NCBI RefSeq assembly: GCF_009914755.1 | Contig: NC_060943.1 | Direction: 5' to 3' (one strand) | Source of the DNA: the human T2T-CHM13v2.0 reference genome, Homo sapiens | Length of the DNA: 64,000 nucleotides | Shown here: positions 21,188-34,766 of the stretch, piece by piece | Position numbering within the stretch: position 1 is the first letter of the stretch | How the letters are laid out: each line of letters begins with the position of its first letter | Position numbers and translations under genes: made by a program | The notes under the pieces: generated by a model | Databases searched by the model: none | Told to the model about the DNA's origin: nothing | The model's input: only the letters and a program-made list of their open reading frames with translations

Positions 21188-22727
21188 GTGAGTTGAAGGT
21201 CGCTCTGTCCTAATCGGTCACACCCAAAGGCAGAAAAATTGGCCTTCCTTTGTGGCCGAGGCGAGTTGAAGGTCGCTCTGTGTTGATTGGTCACCCCCAT
21301 GGCAGGAAAGCTGGCCTTCCTTTGTTTTGGCCTCCCTGTCCCATGGTGGCTCCCAGGCGATCTTTTTTAAAGGAAAGCTCGCATGCTGTTCTTTCCTGTT
21401 TGTACTCTTCTGGGAACCCCTATTGCTTATAGAATAAATTCCAGGTTTTTCAGCCTTCCTGTGTGTTCTGGCTTCTACCCTCTTTGCACCATCTTCTGTC
21501 ATTTCTCTAGATAACAAATACTCCCTTTGGCCTAGTAGTAAAAGTTGATTCTGTACTTTCCAGCAGCTTCCTTTGCTCAGGTTGGGCCCTCTGCTGGAAT
21601 TCCCTGCCCCTTTTCCATGTGGTAGTGTCTCACACAGCCTTTAAGACCCGGCTCAGTTCCCCCACCCTTCCCTAGGCAGTCAGCACTTTCCTGCTCTAGC
21701 CTTCCATAGTACCCCCTGCTGCCTCCACTGTAGCACAGATCCACCTAGATATGGATGTTCCTGCCCATATCTGTCAGCCCCACCAGACTAGATGCTCCTT
21801 GGGGACAGGAACTGATGGGGATTCATCTCTGGGTCCCCAGGGCCCAGCACAGGCCAGGAACACAGGAAGCCTCATGAGGTGTTAGTTGAATGAATGAATG
21901 AATCAATGAATGATGCATGAAACCATCTCTCTATCTGGTAAATATCTGTTCATCCTTAGTGATCCAACTTGAATGACCTTCCCTCCAGGAAGCTTTCCCT
22001 GACCTCAAGGCAATGGCCTCCCTCTCCCCCTTGGCCCACACAGTCCCCGATACCTCCCTTTGCCACAGTCCTACCTCCCTCGTGTCTCTCCGTCAGACCA
22101 TGAGCTCCATGAGGCCAGGAAACAGGTCTGACACACGTCCATGTCCCCAGTGCCCACAATGTGGTCTAGCACACAGGGTAAATGATTGCCAAATATGTGC
22201 TCTGACCTTGTCACTTTCCTGTGGCTCCCCAGTGCCTCAAGGATCTAGTCTGCCCCGTCTTCCCACCTCCTTCATCACTGTGACAGGGGCCTTGTCCAGC
22301 GCAGTCTGGGAGTGTGAGGAAAGGAAGCCCCTCAAAGGTCCTCTTTGATCTGGCTCCTGCTTGGCTGCTACTCTTGACAGGATATAGACAGCAACAGTTT
22401 CTGTTATAAGTACCAGAAATTGACTTACGCAGTCAGGAGACTATTAATTATATAACCAAAAGTCCAGAGGTAGGGCTGTCATGATCTGCAGGTGTGACTG
22501 GGACTCAGTTTATTGTCCCCATCTTGAACCTCACTTAGTATGGGTTCCATCCTTCATGAGCTCCTTCCCTTGTCCCAAAACAGCTATCAGGACCATGTGC
22601 TGCTTTGCCTCATTCAACAAGTATTTACTCTGTGCCTGTCATGAGTGGGCTTTGTTGTAAGTCTGGACTAGGGAAACGGTTTAGGTGGTTCCTGCCCTCA
22701 TGAAGCTTACTTTATTGCGGGTGACAG

Positions 22728-23202
22728 TGTATGAGCTTGCTAGGGCTGCTGTAACAAAGTACCACACACTGGGTGGCTGAAAACAACAGAAATTGGTGGT
22801 CTCCCAGTCTTGGAGGCCAGAAGTCTAAGATCAGGGTGTTGGCAGGGCTGGATCCTTCTGAGGCTGTGAGCCAGGCCTCTCCCCTGTGTTCTGGCAGATG
22901 GTGGCCAGCTTTGGTGTTCCTCGGCCTGGAGAGGCATCACCTCAATCTCTGCCTTCATCTTCACAGGATGTCCTCCCTGTATCTTCACATTGTCTTCCCT
23001 CAGCCTGTGTTTGTCTTTGTGTCCCCATTTCTCCTTTTTATAACAACTTCAGTCGTTTTGGATTAGGACCCACCCTGATGACCTCATCTCAGCTTGATCA
23101 CCTCTGTAAAGACCCCATTTCCAAATAAGGGCAAATTCTGAGGTACTGGGGGTTAGAACTTCATTGTATCTTTTTAGAGGGTTACAGTTCAACCCATACC
23201 AC
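22728..23202 (-). mobile_element. MLT1C-like solo LTR
   Basis: Typical MLT1 antisense start (GCTAGGGCTGCTGTAACAAAGTACCAC) and end (CAGTTCAACCCATA). Confidence 0.75.
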
Positions 23203-23656
23203 ACAGTAAAATGCATTAAGTAAATCCCATAGAATGCAGGCAGTATTAAGGATTATGGAGGAAAGGGATAGGGAGGCCCAGGGTAGATTTGCTGTTTTAT
23301 ACAGAGGGGTGGGAGAAGGCTTCATGGAGAAGAGGCATTTCAGCAGAGAACTGAGGGACACAATCTTGGCTCTAAGATGGGGTCTGGCAGGTGTGTTCAG
23401 GGAGCTGCAAGGAAGCTGGTGTGGCTGGAGCAGAGTGGATGAGCAGGAAAGGGGGAGAAGGTGAGCCCTGAGTGGCAGCTGGGGCCAGATCTTTAGGGCC
23501 CTGGAGATCATTGTATGGTCTCTGTCTTTAAATATGGTGAATCCGGAGGCCGTTGGAGGGTTTGGAGCAGAGGAGGGACAGGATTTGTTGTAAGCGGAAA
23601 CAGGATCCCCCTTGCTCGTCCACCCAATTCCTGCTTAGCATCACCACTGGGACGAC

Positions 23657-24131
23657 TGTTTCAGGGTCTTACTGCTGCTGTAACAAATAATACAAACTTG
23701 TGGGCTTAAAAACAACACAAATTTATTCTTTTACAGTTCTTCAGGTCTGAATCCCAAAATGATCTCACGGGGCTCAAACCAAGGTGTCAGCAGGGTGCGT
23801 TCCTTCTGGAGGCCCTAGGGAAGAATTCAGTCCTTGCCTCTCCCAGCTTCTGGAGGCTGCCTATATTCATTGGCTCCTGGCCGCATCACTCTAATCTCTG
23901 CTTCTGTCATGGCATCACCTCTTTTCTCCTGTGATTCCTTGTCTCCCTCTTATTAGGATCCTTGTGATGACATTTAGGACCAACCCAGATAATCTAGGAT
24001 AATCTCCCCATTTCCAGATTCTTAATCACAGCTGCAAAGTCCCTTTCGCCATGTAAGATAATATTCATGGGTTCTGGGAATTAAGACAGGGACATCTTTG
24101 TGTGGGGTGGCGGCATTATTCGGCCATGACA
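23657..24131 (-). mobile_element. MLT1-type solo LTR
   Basis: MLT1 motifs (GCTGCTGTAACAAAT, CCCAGATAATC...GATAATCTCCCCAT). Confidence 0.7.
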
Positions 24132-25092
24132 ATCTACAGGATATCTCAAACTTTACATGTCCCAAACCAAACTCAGACTCTGTCCTGAAAGCTGCTTCTC
24201 CTATGTCTCAGTAAGTGGCAACTTTGTCCTTCCAGCTGTTCAGGCTAAAAACGTAGAGCCATCCCAGGGTCTTCTGTCTTTCACACCCTCCATGTTATTC
24301 GTCAGGAAACCTTGTCAGCACCGTTATCTGAATATCTGGAATCTCACCACTTCTCACCCCCTCCATTGCTGCCACCATTTCTCACCTGGATTATCAAACT
24401 GGCCTTTTTCCTTTGACTCCCTGCTTCTGCCCTTCTCACCTTCTGTCTTTTCCCACGAAGCAGCAAGAGGAGGATGCTGTTTAGTATATGCCTAATTTAA
24501 AAAAGTTTTTTTATTGTAAAATCACAGGTGCAGAAATGCACACACATCAAATGCATGACCTAATGAAGGCGAACGCCACCTAGATCAAGAGTGAGAATTT
24601 TTTTTGCCATCCACCCCAGAAGTCCTTCGTGGGCTCTGTCATAGCCCTCTCGCATCCCCAATAAGTAACCTGATTTTTATGATTACCACTTGCTTTATTA
24701 CTCAAATGCACAATCCCTTGCCCCTTCTTGTTTTTTAATGTCTTCTGTGTCTCTTAATCTTTGGGTTCCTCCTCCATCCCCTTCTGTTCTCAGCTGTTAG
24801 TTAGAGAACAGTTATTCGGTCCTTTGAGGAACTGGCATGGTTCGACCTGTAGAATTCCTCAGTCTGTTTTCTCTGGTTCCATCCTTGTGGTGCAGTTGAG
24901 TTTATTCCCAGTTGGCAGCTAGGTCCAGAGGCTTGATTAGACTCATGGTCAATCCTTTTACCAAGAATCTCTTGTGCCCCCTGTTTGTGGTCCTGGCAGA
25001 TAGTGATGCTTTCTGCCTTATCACCTGTTCATTCATCAGGGCTTGCAAAATGGCGCTATCATTTCTTTTCATGTATTAGTTGGAACACTTTA

Positions 25093-25278
<186 letters not shown>

Positions 25279-25546
25279 TCAGGAGGCTGAGGTGAGAGTA
25301 TCACAGGAGCCCAAGAAGGTTGAGGCTACAGTGAGCTGTGATAGCACCACTGCACTCCAGCCTGGGTGACAGTGAGACCCTATCTCAAAAAAAAAAAAAT
25401 TTATCTACTATTTGTCTAGTCGACGGTAGAGTTCATATAGGACAGGTAGGGTAAATGCTTGACTCTCCTTTTATTTGCTAGTTTTCACTATAAGGAATTG
25501 GTTTCCTTCTGTCATGTCATCCTTCAGAGGTGACCAGTTCTTTCAT

Positions 25547-25548
<2 letters not shown>

Positions 25549-25586
<38 letters not shown>
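25549..25586. repeat. (TG)n microsatellite
   Basis: About 18 TG units. Confidence 0.95.
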
Positions 25587-25589
<3 letters not shown>

Positions 25590-26029
25590 GCTGTTCTTAA
25601 GAGTTTTACAAAGCATTTTCATTGTAATTCAATGTAACACACCCAGGTTAAATCTCATAAGGACAGGAACTGGCTGCCCCCTTTTTTCCTGTACCTAGCA
25701 CAGGGGCTGGCTCGTAGTAGGTGCTTGGTCATCATTGGACAGATAAGTAGACAACAAGCACCACTTATTTAGCAGCTTCTTAGTGAGTTGGGTCTCTGCT
25801 GAGCCCTGTGTAGGCATCAGCTCACTTCATCCTATAGCAGCCTTATTTTAGAGAAGAGGCAGGCTGAGCATTAGAGAGGTGGACTAACAAGGTCCCACAG
25901 TTAATAGATAGTAGAACTAGAATTTGAACTGGGACCTGTCTGACTCTAAAGCTGAGCCTCTAACAGGTCAGCCTCCTGGGGATTGTGTAGCAGATGGGAG
26001 CTCGTGCCACCCCACCACCTACTCACCGT

Positions 26030-27027
<998 letters not shown>

Positions 27028-29257
27028 CTGTGTAACTTGGAGAAAGTGACTATTTGGGCCTTGATTTTGTTTTCTGTAAGTTGGGGATAATCCTGCCTCA
27101 AAGAGGAGTCAGGCAGTTCAGTGACTCACTGCACCTAAAGCATTGAACCATTGCCGGCATGCAGAAAGCTGTTGGCCAAAGAAGGGCTTTTGCAGTCAGA
27201 TGCCTGGAGGGTTGGGATGGGCAGTGTAAGCCAGAGTGGAATTGCCCCTTTGTCGAGCTCTTCCTGTGTGCTAAGTACTATGCAGTCACCTCCCAGCAGT
27301 ATTTCAGTTGCTTCTTGTAGCAGCCCTGATGAGATGGGACTCGTTGGTCCCATTTCACTAGGGGAGCAGGAATTGGGGTCACAAGAGACATGCAGCTTAC
27401 TTGCCAATAGTCACTCATAAAGGGAAGGTAATAGGGCCATACCTCAGACCCAAACTAAAGAGAGGTGGTTTTCATTCTTTCTTAAAATGTGCCTGTGCCC
27501 ACACTGATGGAGATTTGGAAGAGACACATCAGTCATGGTTTCACCTAGAGATGGGGTGTGTGGGGGCAGGCTTTCACGTTTTAATGTTGGTACTTCTCAA
27601 GTATTTGAATTTTTATCCTAAACATCCATTAACTGTCCAGGTACAGTGGCTCATGCCTGTAATCCCAACACTTCAGGAGGCAGGGGCAGGAGAATCACTT
27701 GAGGCCAAGAGTTCGAGACCAGCCTGGGCAACATGGCAAGACTCCTACTCTACCAAAAAAAAAAAAAATTAGCTGGGTCTGGTGGCACAAGCCTGTAGTC
27801 CTAGCTACTTGGAAGCTGAGGCAGGAGGATTGCTTGAGCCCAGGAGGTGGAGGCTATGATCGTGGCACTGCACTCCAGCCTGGGCAACAGAGTGAGACAC
27901 TCTCTCTCTCTCTCGCTCGCTCTCTCTCTCTGTATATATAATATATATAATTTATGGATTACCAGATTTATAAATTACCATAACTTACAAACGACAGAAG
28001 GAAACCAATTCCTTATAGTGAAAACTGGCAAATAAAAGGAGAGTCAAGCATTTACCCTACCTGTCCTATACGAACTCTACCGCTGACTAGCCAAATAGTA
28101 GAAAATTTTTTTTTTTTTTTTTTGAGACAGGGTCTCACTGTCCCCCAGGGTGGAGTGCAGTGGTGCGATCACAGCTCACTGTAGCCTCGACCTCCTTGGG
28201 CTCCTGTGATACTCTCACCTCAGCCTCCTGAGTAGCTGGGACTACAGGTGCATATATAAATTATAAATTATAATTTTATAAATTTATAAATTTATAAATT
28301 ATATATATAATTATATATAAAATAAAATTTAATATATACATGCACACACACATAAATAATAATAAACACTTATTAACTAGGAAAGTCTTAAAATGAAAGA
28401 TGGCATCACTAAAAGTTGGACAACCAGATAGGAGCCTTGGGTAACCATGTGTTACCCAAGCGGACCTGGTACCTAAAGCGGACCTGGTACCACCTGTGAG
28501 TGGGTCTTTCCCCCAGAAGCTGTATTGACTCCAGTCAGGCCTCTGCTCTCCTGACCAGCTCACAGGAAATGCGTGGCCAGGGAGCAGCCAGGTGACACTG
28601 CATGGAAGCAGCTTGCCACACTCAGAACATGGGACCTCAAATCAGGAGCATGGAGGATGTAGAAGGCACAGCGGTACAGCTGTAGATTTCAAAACCTCAG
28701 AACCACATCAGTTACAGGGTATGGGCCCCCTGGATTCTGATTGAGACGAGCTAGCTATAAAGACACACCACTGAGATGTCAGACTAATCTGTATACAGAT
28801 TTTGAATGTGGTCTAGGTGTTCAGTGATTAAGGAGTTACTGTTCATACTGAAGTATTCACAGGTGAAATCAGATGACCCCTGGGTGATGAGTTCATGGGT
28901 GTTAATTATATACATCTCTACTTGTATGTATGTTTGAAAGTTTACAAAATAAGTCTTGAATGAACACTTAAAGCAAAAGCGTAAAATAGATTTTTAGGAT
29001 CAGGCAGACCTGGGTTCAGTCCCACCTGTGTTAACTTCGGTTGACATCCTGTCCCCTGGTCAAAGTCAAGGTCCTTTTCTTTGCCTACAAAATACAGGGG
29101 TTTCCAGTCTCTTACATCTCAAGATTCTTGTGAGGCTGAGGATGGGATGGTTTTTGCCAAAGCCCTGGCAGATTGAGGGCTGGGAGTGCCCTGAGTGAGC
29201 TGTTGGGCTCCTCCCTGACCCCAGCCTCTGAGTGACCAATAGTGTACTGTGTTTCAG

Positions 29258-29384
29258 GAATTTGTGACCCTCAAGGATGTCGGCATGGACTTCACCTTGG
29301 GAGACTGGGAGCAGCTCGGGCTGGAACAGGGGGACACGTTCTGGGACACAGCGTTGGACAATTGCCAGGACCTCTTCCTGCTGG
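29258..29384 (+). CDS. ZNF473: ZNF473 exon 3, variant KRAB-A box (EFVTLKDVGMDFTLGDWEQLGLEQGDTFWDTALDNCQDLFLL)
   Basis: Acceptor TTTCAG|GAA. Canonical 127-nt KRAB-A exon length. Donor CTGG|GTGAGT. Confidence 0.95.
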
Positions 29385-30163
29385 GTGAGTGTTGCCTGTC
29401 CCCAGGGGCCTACTCACTGCCCTGCTTGGTGATCACCCATGCTCTCTACCACCCACAGGGTGAAGTCCTGGCTCCTGGGCTCCTCAGAATCAGCATGACC
29501 TAGCCCAGCAGTTCTCAGCTGGCCGAGGAGACATTGGCAATGTGTGGAGACATTTTTGATTGTTACTCCTTGGGCCAGCGCAGCGTGCCGCTAGCATCTA
29601 GCTGGTGGAACCAAGGGAGGCTGCCACACATCCTACAGTGCACAGCACAGCCCCACAACCAAGGATTGGCCCACGCCAGTGTCAGTAGTGCTAAGCCTGG
29701 GAAACCCTGCTCTGGCCCCTATCTGCCTCCCCAGCCTTGTCTTCACCACTTTCCTACTTGTAGTCAGTCATTCTTCAAGCTGATACTTCAAAGTCTTCCA
29801 GTTGCCCTCCCCTCTGCCTAAGCGGCTCTCAGGGCTTACATTTTTAAAGTTTAACCTGGGACCCTGTTAGAACTCCATACCTCCTCTCCTACTCATCTTG
29901 TCTGTCGCTCCCTCACGTTCTAACTACCATTGTATCATTCAGAGCGGGAGCTGTGTGAGGACAGGGCGTGTCCCCAGTGTTTGGAACGAACAGTACCTGC
30001 TCTAGGGCCCAGCAGACAGCTCTAAACTAATGAATGATTGAGTAGCAGCTCTTAGGACTTGCTTGTTCAATCCTCCAGTCACCCCATGAAGAAGCTGGGT
30101 TGTCCCTCTTTTGCCGATTGGTCTGAAACTGAGGTTAAAAGAGTGGCAGTCACCTTCCCAGCT

Positions 30164-30760
30164 GTGTCAGTGTCCCCAGGAGCACCCACAGATTCAGTGA
30201 TTGGCTAGGATTCCCAGGACTCATCCTGTAGTCAGACTCATGGCTATGACTTACTACAGTGAAAAGATTCAGAGCACAGTCAGCAAAGGGAGGAGGTACA
30301 TGGGGCAAAGTCCAAGGAAGCCAGGCACAAGCTTCCAGAATTCTCTCAGGGGAGTCACATGGGACATGCTTAATTCCCCCAGCAATACTGTAGAATGTGA
30401 TATCGCGTGTGAAATGCTGTCCACCAGGGAAGCTCATCAGAGACTCAGTGCCAGGGTTTTTACTGGGGGCTGGTCATGTGGGCTCCTCTGCCTGGCACAT
30501 TCCAAAATTCCAGCCCCCCAGAAGGAAAGCAGGTGTAAGCCACCGTGTTTGCACAGTTTAGGTCCAGGGAGCGTGTCTCTTCAGTTCTGGAGACACGGGG
30601 TACCCCCCTGAAATCCAGCCTTGCCAGCAGGCTTTTCCCAGGAGAGCAGCCAGCCTGCTGTGTCGCCCTCTTCTGCACACCAGTGTCACACAGTGAGACA
30701 GCAGCAGGGCCCAGACTCCAGCTAAGGTCTGTGCAGCTCCAAGGCCATATCACCCCAGCT
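30164..30760 (-). mobile_element. MER21-like LTR
   Basis: Similarity to MER21-type motifs (CAGGCACAAGCTTCCAG, GGAGTCACATGGGAC); related copies at ~39900-40450(+) and ~61340-61870(+). Confidence 0.6.
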
Positions 30761-31826
30761 CCCCATCAGTGTCACCTGATTAACTCATTTTCCCTCTCTG
30801 TTGCCTCAGTTCTTTCTTTTTGAAGAACCAGAAAAATAATTTACTCCAAAAGATGAAAGAAGTAAAAGATAACACACGGTGGAAACTATCATTTGATAGA
30901 ATCTCATCACATTGGGGCAGACTTTCTCCAGACTGGCCAGTGTGTGCTAAGAAGCATCTCGTGGGAGGTCCTACCTCAGTGTCTTTTTGAATTTTTAAAC
31001 TACAGCCCACAGTAAGAAGTGTGTTTACCTCGACTGCCCCTTCACCCATTTGTGTGAATGTATGAGTAGTGTATCCGTTTCCTATTGCTGCTGTTACACA
31101 TACCACAAACACAGTGGCTTCCACCAGCACACTTTTATTATGTTACAGTCCTGGAGGCCAGGAGTTCCAAATGCATGTGGCTGGGCTGGAGGCGAGGTGT
31201 TGGCAGGGCCACCATGTTCCTTCTGGAGGCTCCAGCACGTAGATAGTCCTTCCTGGCCCGTTGCCAGCTTCTGGAGGTCACCTGTATTGCTTGACTCATG
31301 GCTTCTCAGTCTTCAAAGACAGCAGTGGCGTTTTCTCCGCTGTGGCCTGTATCCCTCCTGGATGGTGACTCTGTTCCCTTCCTTGGGGAAGCTTGTGGAG
31401 GGTATGGCTCAGGACTGCTTGGGCTCTGGGACCCTGACATTTTCTGTCCCTGGCCCATGGAGGCCTCAGGCAATGTGTGGCCCATGGGTCAGTGAATAAA
31501 TCATGAATGGCTAAGGAAGTACGTGCCTCTCCACCTGGCAGATCCTGCCCATTAAAGAGCTGTCACAAGTCCTTTGTATCCCCAGCCCCAGCTGTCACAG
31601 CTTTGATCACCCTGGATTGTGATTGTTTGGCTCCCTCTCCATCACTGGACTGGGAACCCTACAGGACAGGCATCCCCAGAGTCGCCCAGTGCAGCACCTC
31701 GTCCACACACAGGAGCCACGTGCAGGATAAAGCATAGAAAAGTCAGGAGAGCCAGGAGGTTCTCACTGAGTGTCTGGATGGTCCTCCATGTCCTGGTTGG
31801 GTGACAATGCTTTTCTCTCCCTGCAG

Positions 31827-31916
31827 ACCCCCCAAGACCCAACCTGACCTCCCACCCAGATGGCAGTGAAGATCTGGAGCCTCTGGCAGGAGGAAGCCCA
31901 GAAGCAACAAGCCCTG
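31827..31916 (+). CDS. ZNF473: ZNF473 exon 4, degenerate KRAB-B-position exon (DPPRPNLTSHPDGSEDLEPLAGGSPEATSP)
   Basis: Acceptor CCCTGCAG|AC, donor CCTG|GTGAGT. 90 nt, phase 1-1, frame preserved. Confidence 0.92.
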
Positions 31917-33529
31917 GTGAGTGGATGGAGAGGGGCCCCTTGTGTACCTTCTGTCTTCCAGACCTCCATCCTGAGGCTGCAGCCAGCTTTCCCACAGGTC
32001 TACCGAGACATTACAACGCTCAGCTTCAGGACTTCACTCTGCTTCTCGCTGGCTTCCATCCCCTTGTCCTGGGAGCTGGGGGGATCAGGACATTTTTATA
32101 GACCCTCACTCTGGGGTCTCTCTACCTTGCCCTTCAGCACAGGGTTATCCTGGTGCCTCTCCACAGCTCCTCCTCTTTCCTTCCAGACTCAACAAGGGTA
32201 CGCCCTCCACTCTCTCAGTTGGTCTCTCTACTTTCCTGCCTTGTGCTCCCTGAGTGTGTTGACCCTCATTCTACTTCTTTTACCTCCTTTCCTTCAGGCC
32301 CATTTTTCCTTCCTATCCCTGGGGCATAGCAGATGGCCACATCAGGGAGTAACTTAAGCCCAGGCCTGAATGCTGCCAAGAGCATCTGCCCTGCCATCTC
32401 CCAAGCCGGGGTTCCTCCAGGTGGATCAGGTTAGGTGGTGAGGATTCCTGGGGTATTACCCATGGTAGAGACGTCCCCAGCATGAGAAGCAGGGCCCTGA
32501 ACCAGAGACCACAGGAATCTCAGGCTGTACCCCATCCAGTCAGTCTGCAGCTCCCTTCTTGGCTCACCACGCTCAGGCTCGTGTACATGAGGCCTCTGCA
32601 GCCTCCTCTTCAGCACATCAGTGTTCCTCATAGGTGACTAACTCATGCACAGGCTCTCACAACTTCTGCTTTCTGTTTCTGTCACCTCAGCATATTGGCT
32701 GTTTCCAAACATAGGTAGCCATGCCTTTACTAACAAATATACCTCCATATCCTCTAGTAGTGACACTTGAGTTGCATAGTTACCACATAAGCGTCTTTCC
32801 CCTTTAACAGCATGCCGCTCTTGGAAGCAGGGCTTAGCTGATTCACCCTGTATTCCCAGCTCCTGACATCATGCTTGGCATATAAGGGGTGCCTATTACA
32901 TGTCTGTTGGTGCATTTGAGGCCGAGGGAACAACATGAGCACAAGTGTGGTGAGGAGAGTGAGCTGGATATCTGTGGGAGAGATGAGCAGAGGCAAAGGT
33001 GACAATTCAGAACAAGATGTGGTTTCAGAAGGCTTTCATTTGCAAGTTTTAATTCCAGGCAGAGAGACTTTAAGCAGTCTCATAGATACTCAGATGGTGA
33101 GCCAAGAACTGCACAAGGGACAGGCTGGAAAAGGTATGATGATGGAGGAGAGGAGAGATGGGGAGACTGGAGGCATACAGCAGAGCAGTGACATTCATGT
33201 TTTGTGAAGGATCCCAGAGAGCATACAGCTTGGTAGTTAAGAATATGGGGGCCAGGCGTGGTGGCTCATACCTGTAATCCCAGCACTTTGGGAGGGCGAG
33301 GCAGGCCGGTCACTTGAGGTCAGGAGTTCGAGACCAGCCTGGCCAACATGCTGAAACTCTGTCTCTACTAAAAATACAAAAATTAGCTGGGCGTGGTGGA
33401 GGGCACCTGCAGTCCCAGCTACTCGGGAGGCTGAGGCAGGAGAATCACTTGAACCCAGGAGGCAGAGGTTGCGTTGAGCTGAGATCGTGCAGCACTTCAG
33501 CCTGGGCAACAGGGCAAGACTCAGTCTCC

Positions 33530-33568
<39 letters not shown>

Positions 33569-34766
33569 TATAGTCAGAGGGGTTCAAATCCTCAGTCTTC
33601 TGCTCACTTACCTGTAAGAAAGCAGAAACGTGCCTACCTTACAGGAGGTTGTCGAGTGTAACAGAGTGCCTGAGGCACTCCTGCCTGTGAACAAGCATAC
33701 CATGAATGGGAATTACTCTGTCCTGTGAATCTTTCTCGTGGCCGCCTCTGTGGCAGTGGATGGATGAGCAGTGGAAGGTCCCCATTAAAGAACTTACCTT
33801 CTGGTAAGGGTCAGGGGTCAGACCCTTTCATAACCTGTTATGGTAGAGGATGGTCAGTGCTCAGCTGGTTTTCAGAGAATACAGGGCAGGGGACTTAAAG
33901 CAGAATGGGGATGGGGTTGTCAGGGAAGCCTTTCAGAGAAGGGTGATAAGCTGGGTATTAAAAGACTTAGAGGAGTTAGTCCAGGAAGTGCCATCCAGCA
34001 TGAGGGACCATTAAAGGCACAGAGGAGAAAGTCTGGTGGATTTAGGGAACCGCAAGAGTTCTATGAGGTCAGCACAAAGAACACTGGGCTAATACACTCA
34101 TTTCTTTTCTCCAGGCAGGAAGCCATGGAAGGGTTTAATCAGAGGAGTGATATAGTCAGATCCATTAACTACAAAGCCCTTTAGGGCTAGTGTGGAAGAC
34201 TAGAGAGAGAGAGAGACAGACAAACAGGAGACCAATGAGCAGCCTGGGGTCAGATGCTGAGTCAGTGATAAAGAGAGGAGAGGAAGGGAGTTGAGACATT
34301 TCGATAGAGACCAAATGAAAATAGTGCCAAGTTGAGGGAGGTAGGGAGGAGGTTGACTCCCAGGATTCTAGCATGGAGAACTGGATGGATGGTGGTGTGG
34401 GGAGAGCGGGGTGTTGTCTGGGATAGAGGATGCAGGATATGAGGAGGAAGATTTTGGTGACAGTACAGGATAGAGTGGAGAGTAGAAGCAGGTGAGTCCA
34501 GGCGATTTTTTAGGGAACTTGGTCAGTCACTTAGGTGTGAAGGTAATGGTAGAATCTCCCTCCTCGTTGAACCCTATGGTTTCCCAACTCCCTTCTTGAC
34601 CCTCCTGGGAATGGGCTCTGTCTGTTTTCTGTGATGCCAGTTCCACATGGGTCACCCCTTTGGGTCCCTTGATGGATAGGCTGGACTCAAGATCTATCAC
34701 CCCTACTTGCTCTTGTCTGTGTTCTCACCCTTAGTGAACAGGAGACATTTGCACTTGCTCTTTCAG

